A stretch of DNA of 64,000 bases, taken from positions 27,342,001 through 27,406,000 of the forward strand of contig NC_083285.1 of the NCBI RefSeq assembly GCF_963506605.1, read 5' to 3'. The stretch is from Zootoca vivipara. Its lineage: Eukaryota. The notes under the pieces were generated by a model, which ran no database searches, had not been told where the DNA came from, and saw only the letters and a list, made by a program, of their open reading frames with translations. Position numbers and translations under genes: made by a program. Positions 38,780 through 52,200 of this stretch are shown here, one piece after another; the stretch's first letter is position 1; the number at the start of each line of letters is the position of its first letter.

Positions 38780-40020
38780 GAATTTGAATGGCAGCTATAA
38801 CCCAGCTGCCCAATGCTGCTCAGAAGACTGGGCTATGGGGTGGGGGGGATAGAGGAAAGATCAGGTCAGGCACCAGTGCAGGTGCCCAGGCAGCTAGCCA
38901 AATATAGTTTTCAATCCCTGTATTAGTAAGTAAGAGATAACACGTATGTCTGCTGTTCCCCTGCAGTAACCTGCTCTTCCCCTGATTCTGCCTACCTGTT
39001 TCATTCTGCAGGGGGATCTTGAGTGCCAGCAGAATTAAATGGCCCTATGGATGGATTCCCATAATTCAAAACTAGGTGCATTTATTCCCAGTTGCACAGG
39101 ATTCTGCATTTCATTGCAGCAGGGAACTAAAATAAATAGCTTGCAAATATATTCCACTTTTCGAGTCTATGATTATCTACAGCTATTCAATCAATAAGTG
39201 TCAGGTTCAGCCAACTGTTCCTTTCTCACAGCAAATACAAACAACACTGCTGGGCTCATCAGCTATGGAAACCTTGATTCGCATCCTTGCTTAACTTATT
39301 CTCCAATGGGATTGTTGCAAGGTTAAGATGGGGCAACCTCATGTACTCCTTGGAGGAAGGGTGGGATACAAATTTGACAACAGATTAAAAGAAGAAATGG
39401 TAACTCACCTAGCCTGCTCAGCCTCTTATATATATTCATTCAGTCTGATTCAAATGAATTGCTCATCCCAAATGCTCATTTTTGTCAAAACTATTAATAA
39501 AATAATTCACACTTTTATCTCCTGCTACACAAGATTTTTGTGTTTATCTGTGGAACGGCTTTTGGACAGCTGGACTGAGAAACAGTTTGGGATAACTGAT
39601 TATTGCATGTGGGTGTCACTGCTAAACATGCGGAAGCCAAGTGTGACAGGGTTGAAAGTGCACAGAGCACAGGAATCAACAGTATGTAACTCGGTTACGG
39701 GTGCCTTTGTAAACTTAACATTTTAAAGCTACTAATAGTAATTTCAGATGTTAAAATTCTCCTCCTTGCAGTGTTCCCTTGCTTATATGTATTGGAGAAC
39801 AGCACAATACATTTGCAAAGACAGCAGTAACAATCCAGAAGTTAGTACTGTTATTGCAGATACTGAAAATTATCCTGGCTCAGTCATGAAATCCCTATGA
39901 AGACACTGCTGCAATATCTGTGGTTATGGATTTTGAAAAATAAGCAGCTTACCTGTAACATATATATTATTCATTTGGCCCACTGTGGAGCATTCTAGGG
40001 TACCTGTGGCTATCCAGTTA

Positions 40021-40311
40021 CAGTGGTACCTCGCTAGACGAATGCCTCACAAGACGAAAAACTCGCAAAATGAAAGCGTTTTGCAATTTCAATGGAGACT
40101 CGCAAAGACGAAGTTTCCTATGGCGTGCTTCGCAAGACTATTTTTTTCATCCCATAGGGTGCCTCGCAAGACGACCCCCCCTGTCTTGCGAGGCACCCTA
40201 TGGGAAACCACACTTCAATGTGTTCCTATGGGAGCCGCTTCGCAAAACGAATTTTTCACTATACGAAGCAACTCATGGAACAAATTAAATTCGTCTAGCG
40301 AGGCACCACTG
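40021..40311. mobile_element. Tc1/mariner-type MITE
   Basis: TIRs CAGTGGTACCTCGCTAGACGAA/TTCGTCTAGCGAGGCACCACTG with a TA TSD. It sits inside an older short hAT-like repeat (about 39995-40408). Confidence 0.9.
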
Positions 40312-42867
40312 TATTGCTGGACTCCAACACCCAAAATGGCCAATGGGCAATTGTTATGGGAGTTGTAGTCCAACAACATATGGAGGGCCACATGTTCCTC
40401 ATCCCTGTTCTAGAGCTCCAAATGAAAAGAACACCCTTCCTTCTTCCCAGCTACTGTAAATTTGATATAAAGCAAGGTTAAAGGGGCTGTGCACACATCT
40501 TCCTCTTCAGCCTATTGCTCACTGGAGTGGGAATAGCAGAAGCAAATGCCTTCTCCAAGTTTCTTCATGACTGCAAGCTCTTCAAAATATTTTTCCATCT
40601 TTAGTTTATAAATGCCATCTTTAAGTTAGATACTTTGAACAATTTAAACTTAGATTCTTCAGATGCTACATCATGGATCCAATATCAAATTATATGTTTG
40701 CATGGCGCAATATGCAGTTGTGCATGGAGGTATTAAACATGTATGGCCAAATTTTGCCCAAGACAATTCATTCTACTAGTTATTGTTTCTGTGCTGTTGT
40801 TTCTTCCAGGGTTTACTTCTAATGAAGCCCTAACACTTCATACTCATATATAGATGGCTGTACTTTCCTGCAAGTGCCTTTATGCAGAACTCCCAACAGG
40901 GTGGGGGTGGGGGGAGATAGGGGAAAAGGTAAATAAAAAAATAACACAAAGATTTCCAACAGAAGCACCCAATTTACAAAGCAAAACAAAGGAATGTAGG
41001 TGTATTGCTATTATGTTTCCTTTCTTCCCCCACTTTTAAAAATTACTTTGGAATTTCCATTCAGCAACAACAAAAGATGAAAGACAGTTTGCTCCACATA
41101 TAGAAAGGAATAGCTACCAAGAGGTCAAAGTAGCCACACTTAATGGTAATACAGACAACTGCAAGTTTGAGAAACAGCAACGCTCCATAGGACACCCTTC
41201 TGCAGCAATTACTATGTGTTCCACTTTCCTAGTCACTAGAGCAGCATAAGTAATGCATTCCAAGATCAGACAAAAATTGCAAAAAAGAAATTATAAGATA
41301 TGCTACTGATACAGCTCCCAAATCACTGATTACCAGATGCCAATAGGTTATCTGTTGGAATTTCATTTATTTATTAAGCAGCTTTTTCTTCCAACTTTGA
41401 AACCAGAAGGCATTCCCAACACCATACATGATCATTATACCTGAAGGTGAAGCAGCTACTCTACTGGTAGTAATATGATAAGATAAATGGCAAAAGTGTT
41501 TCCAATATGATAAATGGCAAAAGTGTTTCCAAGTTCAACATTTTTGAGAGACTAAACACTACCAGCTGTAAAACACCAGCATGAAATTACTATATGGTAT
41601 ACCTTGGGAGGCTTGAACATACAGAGAAAAGTCTATCATTTCATTCTAGGTGGACAATGAGATATCCTTACAGGACAACTCTATTCACAGTGCCATTTTT
41701 CACAGAATTTCGTCTTACCTATTTGTATCCTTTGCTTTCCTTTAATTTCTGTTGAAGTGCATTATTCAAGGGGAAACCTTGTTTAATTAGTTTCATGGTC
41801 TGGAAAGTGGTACAAGGACCAAAGTTGCTGAAGTTGGTATTTTAATTGTGTTCATTTTGTACAGTAATTTGCAGGTTAGTTTGACTAAGGTTTTGTATCT
41901 GATGCTACTATGAAATACTTGCTTAAAATATAGGAGCGCACTGGGCATGGAGAGTCAAAATTAGGATCAAATTACTTAATCCTCATCTTGTAAAAAAGTA
42001 AGGTCTACATTTGGGTTTTTAGCAGATATGGTTAGCTCCACTCCACTCCACTAAAGTGAACAATAAATATTCTACAAAAGAAATGTCTGCAAAAGAGAAA
42101 TGGTTAGATGTTAAATCATTTTTCATTGGCACAGCTATGTCAGAAGACCCAGCCATGTACATTTCCAAAATTGCAATCTAACTTTTTTTTCCTCCAAGGA
42201 AAGGGAGATATGCTACAGCACACTATGCATTAGCTTATAGCATCTCTACTTAACACGCAGTTGTTTAAATTAAAATATAATTGTTATATCTTTTTTAAAT
42301 GATAAATGCTCAGGATGCAGTAGACAGGAAACTATTCACTGCAAATATTTTAAATTAATAGCACCATGTTATACATCTGCTTGTGCCTGGCTGCTTATAT
42401 TGTCAACACCTTCAGCTTAAAGCATGGCATGATAGACTCAGCAATGCCTACATGTAGCTCCCCAACCCATTGTTCCCTCAGGCACTTCTGGGCATCTTCA
42501 ATCCTTTGGGATAGGCACAAGACAAAGCATGAACTCAGAGAGCTTACAGGTACTGTACAGAGAATATTTTGAGCACATTACATTTTCAAATACAATTTTG
42601 CACAGATCCTAAGCATGCTTTTGTTGCCTTGTTATAAACTGCAGCTGCAGACACTTGGCAACATAATACACTGACAACATAATTTGTTAATTTTTCAACC
42701 AGCACCAGAGAAAATAAACTTGAGCTACTTTCTCCTAGAAAGAACGAAGCAAAGCAAAAAACGTATCTACAAAGGGCTGACTTGGATTCAACAACCTTTA
42801 TGTTTAACTTCAACTTCTAAATTTATGCCTGAGTGCAACTACCATGAATGGTATTTTAAAATTCCTG

Positions 42868-42869
<2 letters not shown>

Positions 42870-42903
<34 letters not shown>
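42870..42903 (+). repeat. (GT)n microsatellite
   Basis: Perfect run. Confidence 0.95.
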
Positions 42904-42906
<3 letters not shown>

Positions 42907-43290
42907 CACACACATGATATATATTGAAAATACACACACATCAAGAGAAAGAGAGAGATGCAGACATGCACGTGCACTATTAGAAAAGGTCTGCAATATC
43001 AGTTTACAGCTTAAAGTGCTTTAATAAAAGGCTTGCAACAACAGAAATCAATTAACTGCACCTGAAATATTAACCATGGCTTTGAACCCTGCCTTTCTTT
43101 CATCCTACAAGATCATAAGAGCTTTAAAAAAATCTGCCAGTACATCTATGCAGAAATAAACAGTGTTTCTGAAATTCTTTAATACCTGTGTGAAATACAG
43201 TAGTATTCTGGTCTGCATTAGCATTTCATGCCTAAACGCAATAGTGGACATTTGTCACAGCAACAGAAAACATATTTATACAGTGCTTAC

Positions 43291-43423
43291 TTGGAAAGTG
43301 TTCCGAGGCATAATAATAGACATCCTCATAACCCTCATGATAATCCTCCTCTGGCCGGTACTTTTTGCCTTTTCTCCTCCTCGATCTTCTTATCTGCTTG
43401 ACAAAGCCCAAGAAACGCTCCAT
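43291..43423 (-). CDS. GRIP1: First coding exon (44 codons + 1 nt, phase 1), probably an alternative N-terminal exon of glutamate receptor-interacting protein 1
   Basis: Seen: ATG in strong context (GAGATGG), peptide MERFLGFVKQIRRSRRRKGKKYRPEEDYHEGYEDVYYYASEHFP, a canonical donor CCAA|GTAAGC at 43291/43290, and repeat-poor flanks. Recalled, not searched: this peptide as a GRIP1 isoform N-terminus joining ...ESPYTKSASQ, and that the GRIP1a/b first exons are also phase 1. The exon call is firmer (about 0.85) than the gene name (about 0.6). Confidence 0.65.
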
Positions 43424-44924
43424 CTCATTCAGCAGCCCACAATATCAGGTCTGTGTACCCTTTGTTGGTTTTGGCCAACAGCCGCACTTCACAAAAAGCA
43501 GCCTGAGCATGAATGAGCAGCAAATACAGGAGAACTGGCCCCTTTGACCAGCCAGCTTGGCACCATTCAAAAATCTGTTTAAGCTCTTACAATAAAGGAC
43601 ACTCGCTGCGTTACCTTTGCCAGATACTGAACAGAAAGAACCGAAGAGACCATTTCAGTCTGAAAACAAATATTTAAAAAGAGAAAACCATCAGCTGAAA
43701 AGCTATGCTCTTCGTGTCAAACACGCTCTAATAAATAAACAGAACAAAGTTCAAAAGACCTCCCTGACAGCAAGAGGAATCCCAGCACTAGAATTTCACT
43801 ATTCTGTGTCTCCATCATTTGAAGAGGGGACAGAGGGGCGGAGATAAACGTTACTCAATGGACTGAACCACATCTGAAAGTAGAAGAGGTTTTCTGCAAC
43901 CTAGTATTTACTACCTTGTTATTTGCAGTTACACACCTTCAAATGCCGCTTGATTTTTCTCTCTCCTCTTCTCTTCTTTGGTTTGCAGAACAATAAACAA
44001 TGAACGCATCGTTTCTGAATACCATACAATGCAGCCTGAACAAACAGAAAAGTGGTTTAATCCGTATACACAGACCACTCACTGGCAAGCATGTACTGAA
44101 TGTGTTAATTGGAGCAGCGGGGAGAAACCTTGGCAGCTGCTTCTAAATGACACATTTACCCATTGGGCATTGATATATTTCAATCATTATGCGAACTAAA
44201 TATTGCAATACATAGAAAGACTCCTTACAGATTAAGCAAACCATATTTATATCAAGCGAACAAACAAAGCAAGCTACATCATAAACATAGCATATGCCTC
44301 AGTGTTTTAAACTACGCACCCTTAAAAAATTTTTGGTGAGTTTTCAAACTTAAGAAAACACGTGAGCTGTGTATGTTCTTCTTTAAACCTACTTTCAGAG
44401 CTTGAAAGAATTGTCAGTGTGTTCTGCTTGAATGCCATTCCACAAGCATTCGCTAAGATAAGAAAGGAATTTCTAACAAAATCAAAGCCTCTTTTACAGC
44501 AAAAAAACAACAACAAAAACCAAGGCATGTTGATTTAAGTCCAAGCGGAATAACATTTGCCAGAAATGATTTTGCAACCCTCTCTACTCCAGCAAAATTA
44601 GGGGGGGGGGATCCTTTATCACTAGGAAGTATCAGTCTGAGATGCAAGACTGGAATGCAATTAGTATATCAGAAGTGAAAACAAGGTGGGAATGAGTGCA
44701 CTGCATGGTCACTGATACAGAGCACTGACCACTAGGGGTGAGGGCTCCAGATCTGTATTGGTGGTCACTGAAAGGCAGCAGAGTATAGCATACTTCAGTC
44801 CAGGAAATACTGTGCAAGCAATGCACAGGCATGGACAGACATTGTTGGGTCACACAAAGTGCTCCTGGCCATTCCTTAGCAGTATCCACACTACTCCTGC
44901 ATATCAGCAACAACCACCAATATA

Positions 44925-45107
44925 CAGTATATTCCTGCGTATAAGACTACTTTTTAACCCAGGAAAATCTTCTCAAAAGTCAGGGGTCGTCTTATACGCT
45001 GTGTCGTATTTCTTATACAGTGAGTATATCCCAAACTCTATATTTTAACTGGAAAAGTTGGGGGTCGTCTTATACGCCCAGTCGTCTTATACACCGGAAT
45101 ATACGGG
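44925..45107. mobile_element. pogo/Tc2-like MITE
   Basis: TIRs CAGTATATTCCTGCGTATAAGAC ... GTCTTATACACCGGAATATACGG, TA flanks, repeated GTCGTCTTATAC motif. Confidence 0.85.
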
Positions 45108-45944
45108 TAGTATACACTTCTCCCTTTGTTACTGGTCAGCACTGGAAGCCATTTCACTGCACTCTGCCCTATCACACTGGTCATCACCATGTATCAACCA
45201 AACTATCACCTTATCTTAGAACTAGAAAAAATGGCTGTCCTCTCATTATGTGGAAGTGGCTTAGACTTCCTGTTAAAATAAAATTATAGTGTCATTCTAA
45301 AACTGGACAGTGAACTCAGCTAGGCTTTAATTTACAGTAAAGGAGCCTTTCACTGATTCATCATTTCTGGGAAACCCCAGCACACAAAGCCAGCACTCTG
45401 AACTGACCAGCTCCTCCTCATCTATTACTATTTGAGTGCTGAATTTGAGCCAGAGCTCAGAAAGGATCACCCCAGGTTCATGCTTTCAGTTCCAGAGCTA
45501 AGCCCAGAATCTGTAACAGGATATTCAAGCCTTCACTTGGGCATCGCTTGCTGTCACATCTTACCAGCATCTTTGCCCATCACTGCTACTCCTTATATGG
45601 CAACATAGGCTAGAATCTTCCTAACCTGAAAGAAGAAATTTGTAACTCAAGCTTGCTTGGAAGCCATGTTTCATATAAATAGAACCTGTGCCGGACCTGG
45701 GTGCATCAAAAAGCAAAGGGCATTAATGACATGGTGAGAGCCTCTTCCCTGGTCAGCCTACATGTGCAGAGAAAAAGAGTCCTGACACTAACCCACAGGA
45801 CTTGGGTGGAAACACAGGTCAGGGCCTGACTTGCAATTCCCAGCACCCATTAACTTTCTCATGCTATTAAGAGTGTTCTGGACATATCAGCATACTGAAA
45901 TATATATTGGACCTGATGGTAAGCAAGCTGAAAGGCGGCGAGCT

Positions 45945-46122
45945 GGGCTGTAGCTCAGTGGTAGAGAACATGCTTTATATGCAAAAGGTTTCTGGTTCAA
46001 TTCCTGGAATCTCCAGGCAGGGCTGGGACTGGGAGAGACTCCTGCCTGACACTCTGGAGAGTCACTGCTAGTCAGCATCTGGGCTAGACGAACCAATCAA
46101 GTATAAGGTGCCTTCATATTTT
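45945..46122 (+). mobile_element. tRNA-derived SINE (Squam3-like)
   Basis: tRNA-like head GGGCTGTAGCTCAGTGGTAGAG...GGTTCAATTCCTGG followed by the body ctccagg..gggctggga..ctggagag..ctgctagtcag..agtataagg. Confidence 0.8.
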
Positions 46123-46419
46123 CCTCAGTTGCTGGGTCTGCCAGGCCACAACCTCTCCAATGCAACCCTGGAAACATCACCTGCTCCCAACAGATTTCAT
46201 GCTCACAAGCTGCTGTGGTTCCTTATAATACAGTACTGTGCAGGCAAAACCAATGGCAGGGGCAAGAGAGGGAAAGAGGCTCTGCAGCTTGGTCAAATAT
46301 ACTTGATTTATCTATTGACGGCAGATTACTGTAAGGTATACGGGTATCACTGCATATTCTTTAGTATGAAAGCTGCAAACCCAAAGACATTTATACTGTA
46401 ATGCATAGCTAGGAATAGA

Positions 46420-46694
46420 GGAAAAGCTGGATTCTGTTCACATTTGGGGCCAAATCCATCCAATTCACATTTTCTGAAATACTGTAATATGGGAACCAAA
46501 ACATAGCTATCCCTTAAAATTCATACTGATCCAAATTTTGCAATGCAGTTCTCCAACCAGCCAATGTTTACAAAAATGCATATATTAAGGGAAATCATGT
46601 ATAAAATGAAGATATTAGTGAAAACAGCATACAAAAATGCATTGTATCAGGGGGAAATGTTTGCAAAATGTGTACATGTATGTTACTCAAAACA

Positions 46695-46735
<41 letters not shown>

Positions 46736-46872
46736 TGTGTGTGTTTAGTACAAATTCACACTAAAATTCTATTGAATTTTCATGAAATTTCAAAAAAGGC
46801 AAATTGCTGCAAGATGTGAATAACTGAATTTAGAAATGGAGAGAACCAAAATTGATAGATCATTCCATCCCA
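46420..46872. repeat. Old interspersed repeat (related copies near 15250-15460 and 54925-55270) with an internal (CT)n(GT)n run
   Basis: Motifs ccaattcaca, ctccaacca, aaaatgca and tattaggg(g)aaa are shared with the 54.9-kb copy. Family not identified. Confidence 0.5.
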
Positions 46873-47964
46873 CTGCATAGCATGCATAATTCACATTGCC
46901 AGTCCTTCAGTGTTCTTTTTCCAGGAAATCACCTTCCCAACTCTTATCCTTTTTTGTTTTGGTCCTAAAACCTGGCCCATATCTCCTGTCACTATGTTTC
47001 CCTCTCTATTCCAAGGGATGCTTTGATTGGCTGAAAGCCATGAGGCCAACTGTGGTGCAGAGGCATACGTATTTATATTAAACATGTAAATAAGGGGCTG
47101 GCCCTTTCAGATAAATGCTTGAAAGTCACTGCAAAATTGCATTCTGAATGCCATAGTGCCAGCCATGCTGTGTGAGGTGAAATACTTTGCCTTACTGTCT
47201 ACAATCTTATCAAGGACTTATCTTCCTCTTTTTAAAAGATGCATGTGTAATTTTAACCCCTTGATTCTATTTGTGTCTCATAAGCAAAATATTTTGCTCT
47301 GTTGGGCCAGCAATGTAAAGAAAGAAAACGAAACCCATTATTCACACATGATGTATGACAGCAACTATTTATACTATTAAATATGTTTTGAAACATATTT
47401 CAGGGTAACAGAGAACAAGGAGAATAATTCAAGTCTGAAAACATAAAATAAATTTATGGACTCCCAGGAGATCATCTCTACACAATGTTTAGTGTGAAGA
47501 ATGAAAGCTAATTAGATGTCTAATGATCTGCATGACATTTTGTGAGCGCCACACATGGTTTCTGCAGCATAAGTTCTTTTGCGAAAGGATGGAAGCTAGA
47601 AAAGGGTAAACCACAGCCAATTACACATGCTCTAAGTCAAAGAGATGTGGCAGTTGCAACATTATATGTTTAGAAAATATCTGCTCATAAGGCAGAGGAG
47701 CCTGCAGTGAAACCATTTAAATGCAATAACAAACAAGAAGTTAGACATATTCTGATACAGACCATATAATTATTGTGTCCTCACTTATATTTTACTGTAG
47801 TATCCAGTATTCAATATTTTCATTACATGCCTTGCAGTCCATTCAATTAAATATTTTAATTCCAATGCAAGCTTTGATCAGTGGATCCTGTAACCACTCC
47901 CTTCAGTTTCTCATGCTAACATATATTTCCATCACTGGAACAGGGTGGTGGGGCTACTTAATTA

Positions 47965-48253
47965 CAGTGGTGCCTCGACTTACAAATTTAATCCATTCCG
48001 AAGGCACCTTCGTAGGTCACAAAAGTCGAAAAGTGCCATTGGAAACGCGATTTCCCATAGGAATGCATTGGAAACGGAAAAATTCGTAAGTCGAAGCAAC
48101 CCCATCTAAAAATTCATAAGTAAAAAAAAACCTATCTAAAACCGCAGTGGTTTCCGTTCGGATGTCAAGAAATTCGTAAGCGTGCAGCCATTTGCCCCAC
48201 TCGTAAGTTGAAAAATTCGGTTGTCGAGTCGTTCATAAGTCGAGGTACCACTG
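47965..48253. mobile_element. Tc1/mariner-type MITE, inverted relative of 13883-14180
   Basis: TIRs CAGTGGTGCCTCGACTTA/TAAGTCGAGGTACCACTG with a TA TSD. Confidence 0.9.
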
Positions 48254-48606
48254 TATATAGTTACCAAACAGTAGCTATGGTAAATAAGAGGATGTGGGAT
48301 CATTAAAAGCAAAAGAGCACACTAAAAAGACAGAGGCGGAGAGGTTTTATGCTAGTAAAAACAGAGCCACCCTTTACTGATCTTCAGCCCGGCTACAAGT
48401 TTCACTTGGTACCTCTTCCTCTTGAGTAGGCACCTCCTGCATCTCCCATCAGGCCTGTCTTTTGTCTAGCCCCGGGGCCTAGAAAGGGGAGGTCTAGGTC
48501 TACAGTGCAGTGTAGGGGCTCATTTGGGGTCCCAAGTGTTAAATGCTTGTGTGATCAGGTGATCCAGGGTGTTCCCACACCTATTTCTCAGATAAGGGCC
48601 GCCACA

Positions 48607-48892
48607 TGGAAGTTGGAGCAAGCTTTTTTTCTCCTGCTCTGGAGGCTAGGACCCAAACCAATGGATTCAAGTTACAAGAAAGAAGATTCTGGCTAACTAT
48701 CAGGAAGAACTTTCTGAAAGTAAGAGCTGTTCGACAAAGGAAAAGACTCCCCAAAGACGCAGTAGACTCTCCTTCCTTGGAGGTTTTGAAGCAGGGGCTG
48801 GATGGCCATCGGTAGTGTATGATCTAGTTGAGATTCCTGCATTACAGCGGGGCTCTCAGGGTCCCTTCCAACTCTACAATTCTATGATTCTG
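48607..48892 (+). mobile_element. CR1 LINE 3' fragment
   Basis: [30 protein letters not shown]..., matching the 3' half of 30839-31390, with an ATTCTATGATTCTG tail. Confidence 0.9.
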
Positions 48893-51800
48893 TGTAGTGC
48901 TAGAATATAAGTCAGATGGGTTCTTGAAACTGAGTCATCCATGTGCTAAGTGAATTTCAGTCTCCCTCACAATACATTACTGGCAATTATTAGCATATCA
49001 GTCTTCTGAAACACGAGGTCCAACAATATATTAAGTTGATTTAAAGCTTTATTGCCCTTGCATGGCTCACCAGATAGAACTGCTTGTCCTCAGTGGCCCT
49101 GTGAGGCAAAGTTAACCAGTGCCTTGCTGGATCAACTAAGCAATTCTTCTTAAATCTTAAATTTATTAAATAATACTACCTATGGCCTTTTAAACTGTGT
49201 GAGAGGGTTTTTGCTTTTGTTTGTTACTGTGGTATTTTTGTTTGTGTTTTAATATTGAAAACCACTCTGTGATCCTCGGTTGAAGGGCAATACAGAAATT
49301 TAATAGATATGTAATGATAATATCCTCAAAAATCCAAGTAAAAATTCAGTTTCTATTGCAAATGTTACCTCTAGAGGAAAGTTTTTTTTAATATATATAT
49401 ATATATATATATAATACTCTGTTTAGTATAGAGAATATCAATATCAAGAAGTTTAAGAGAACTTTAGGACCAAAGTTAAAGCACTGGATAAAGCCCAACA
49501 AGCTTCCCGAAAGCCAAAAGCAGGCTGTAGTCATAAAGCTTCTTCCAGTTATTGCTGCATGAAGATAACAATGATGAACAGAAGGATTTTTACTGCTGGC
49601 GAGCTCAAACAAGTAAGTTCTGGTTAGTGATAAAAAGGACAAATATATACCCATATTCTTACTGCAGTGCAAGTGCCTCGGCTTTTCTGAAGCTTCAGAT
49701 GAATAACAAAGCAAGGCTCTAAAGTTTATTAACTCACACTGGAAGTCCTTACACTTTCCACTAATTATTTTCATCCTACTAATTACAAAATAAATGCACT
49801 GGAATTAAGACATTTCTTATCCTTGTAAGTTCTACAATGAAAGCAAGTTTAAAAAGTAATGATGGCTGAAAACCCCCAGAAAGGCAAAGAGACATCCAAA
49901 TATATGTAAATGCATATGATTACTCTATTCTGACAACCTCAGTCAACAACCAGATAGCACAGTCCACTGAAAGCCATTGCGTCATATCCATTTCTCACAC
50001 TAGTATTTCTCAGCATGTTAAAAGATAAATGTGACCTCCAAGGCCATCTGAACCAATCTTTTATACAGTGAAAGGATTTATGGGTCACAAACAATTCTTG
50101 ACAGCCATCCATCCACTGTCTCCCTTTTAAAAATCAATACCACAATTCCTTCGGTAATCTTTTTCCATTGCCCAACTGCTCTTGCAGTTATTGGAAAGTT
50201 CTATATCTACCATCCAATCAACAATATTACAGCTGTCACCTAGAAGTTGTTTGAAACACCCTTAACATGGTGGTTGTTCCACACAACCTGCTAGGTCATG
50301 CAGATTGCTGCAGTTGCATTAAGCGTCTTCATGCCAGCACCAGCAGCTACCAAGGATGTTGTTCAGCTCAGGCACTGGAAACTGTCCATTGTCCAATACA
50401 ACAGTAGCAATCCCAGTTACAGAAAAACAAAAACTAAGCATAGGTGGGGCATCCTGTTTAAATTATATATATATATGTTGAAAGGTTGTTTATGAAGGAA
50501 GAAACAGGGAAGGGGGTTGAAATGTCGGGGCCTCAGTTGGAGCAGAGAGGATCTTGGGCAGAAAGGGCAACAGGGATGCTAGATTTTTCCTCTGGCCTTC
50601 TTGTGGAGCAGGAAGCCTCAGTGGAGGCTGGAGGAGAATTTGATCGGCCCAGGGGGAGGTTAAACAAAAGATGGTAGTATCTGAACCAGAGTTGGAATAG
50701 AAGGATGCAGTCTTGTCATCTAGAAGCAGGTTCCACCTTCACAGATGGAACCAGACCCCCCCCGCCCACCCACCACACCACACCACACCACACCAGCAGA
50801 ATGTGCACTTCCAATCTTAGCATTCCCACAAGTCCCACAAGTGAGCGCATCATGTCTCATCTTTAAAAAGCTTGGCAGGAAGGGCATAGAAGCTTGTTGG
50901 GACATCTTTGCCATTTCCATCCAATTCGGAACTTCTTGCCTTGCTTCTAGAATCCTGAATCATGACTCCAGAACAGTGTGCCTGCTGTCAATATGGACTG
51001 TTATTTGGATGAATAAAGATATTTTAATTCCTTACAAGTAGGAATGTGTGTGTGTGTGTGTGCGTGCGCGCGCACTGTAGGGAAGCAAAAAAGGGTGATT
51101 CTTTTTTTGATATTCTTAAAACATAGCTGTGTCAAATGAAATATTTTGTTGCTTTTGATCTGTTGAGCTATCTCCCCCTGAAGTGGGTGAGGGGGAGAGA
51201 AAATGATTTTCACTAGAAGGCTTTATTGCTTTCCACAAACAACCACCTCTGCTATGTTTATAAACCACCCTTAGAAACCAGGATTACAACCATGGCCATT
51301 TTTGCCTATGTAGATGTGACTTGCTAATTAGATGCTTGAAACTGAGGGGGCCAAGCTTTTCTCACAGCAGACCCACTGGACTTAATGACCTAAAGTTAGT
51401 CATATCCATTTATTTCAATGGGTCTCCTCTGAATATGATTAACACTGGCTAAGCCCCTGAAATTCTATACATGCTTACTTGGCAGGTAAGTCCCACTGAA
51501 CTCAATAGGACTTACTTCTGAGCAGAAATATATAGAACGTACTCTGAAAGCACAATTCTATCAGAAATCAATTTAATAGTACAGTCTGTAATGTCAGGCA
51601 TGTGCTAGGGTAAATTTAGAGTTGTGAGCACTTGCAAGTATTTAATGGCACTATCAATGAAGCTTTTGGCTTAGTGGCTATTACTACATGACACCTGCAA
51701 GCAAACAGATGTTACCAAACTAAAGTATTGAGGTTTGTTAATAATCTCTTTTAATGTATTAAATAAATTTGTATATTATAACATCTCAGTATCAATTACT

Positions 51801-52200
51801 TTTTCTGATATTTAAAGAAGCATGAGATGACTTACATTTTAAGAAACACAGGTTGCCACATAGCAGCTTAGTTCAGGTGTTACATTCCTAGTCTACTAGT
51901 CTAGCATACCATGGTTTGTTGGAGTGAGAATGTGCAATGAGCACAGGTGGTTCCTTCTCCTTCCTGCCTTACTCCTCTCAAGCACCCAACTGCAGAGAGA
52001 CTCCCTGGATTGCTAAATGAGTTTCTCCTAACGTCTTACTTAGGAAGTGTTGTTTAAGGGCACATCACACAGACTATGATTGCAAAATACAAATTGATTC
52101 TAGCTTACAATCCTGGTTTGTAGAGAGTGCTTCAACCAGTTTCCCAGTGTGCAGCCTTAGTGAATCATTGCAATGCTACAATTTACAGTTGCAGGAGTTA

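Noticed and set aside
43232-43290. C-terminal part of the 63-aa ORF (SKHCINMF...)
   Set aside because: It lies past the GTAAGC donor, so it is intronic read-through.
1-43290. Other GRIP1 exons (MIAVSFKCRC first exon, ESPYTKSASQ exon 2, PDZ exons)
   Set aside because: I looked by eye and did not find them, so the gene name has no second-exon support inside this window.
45945-46015. tRNA gene
   Set aside because: A and B boxes are present, but the acceptor and anticodon stems are degenerate and the sequence runs directly into a SINE body.
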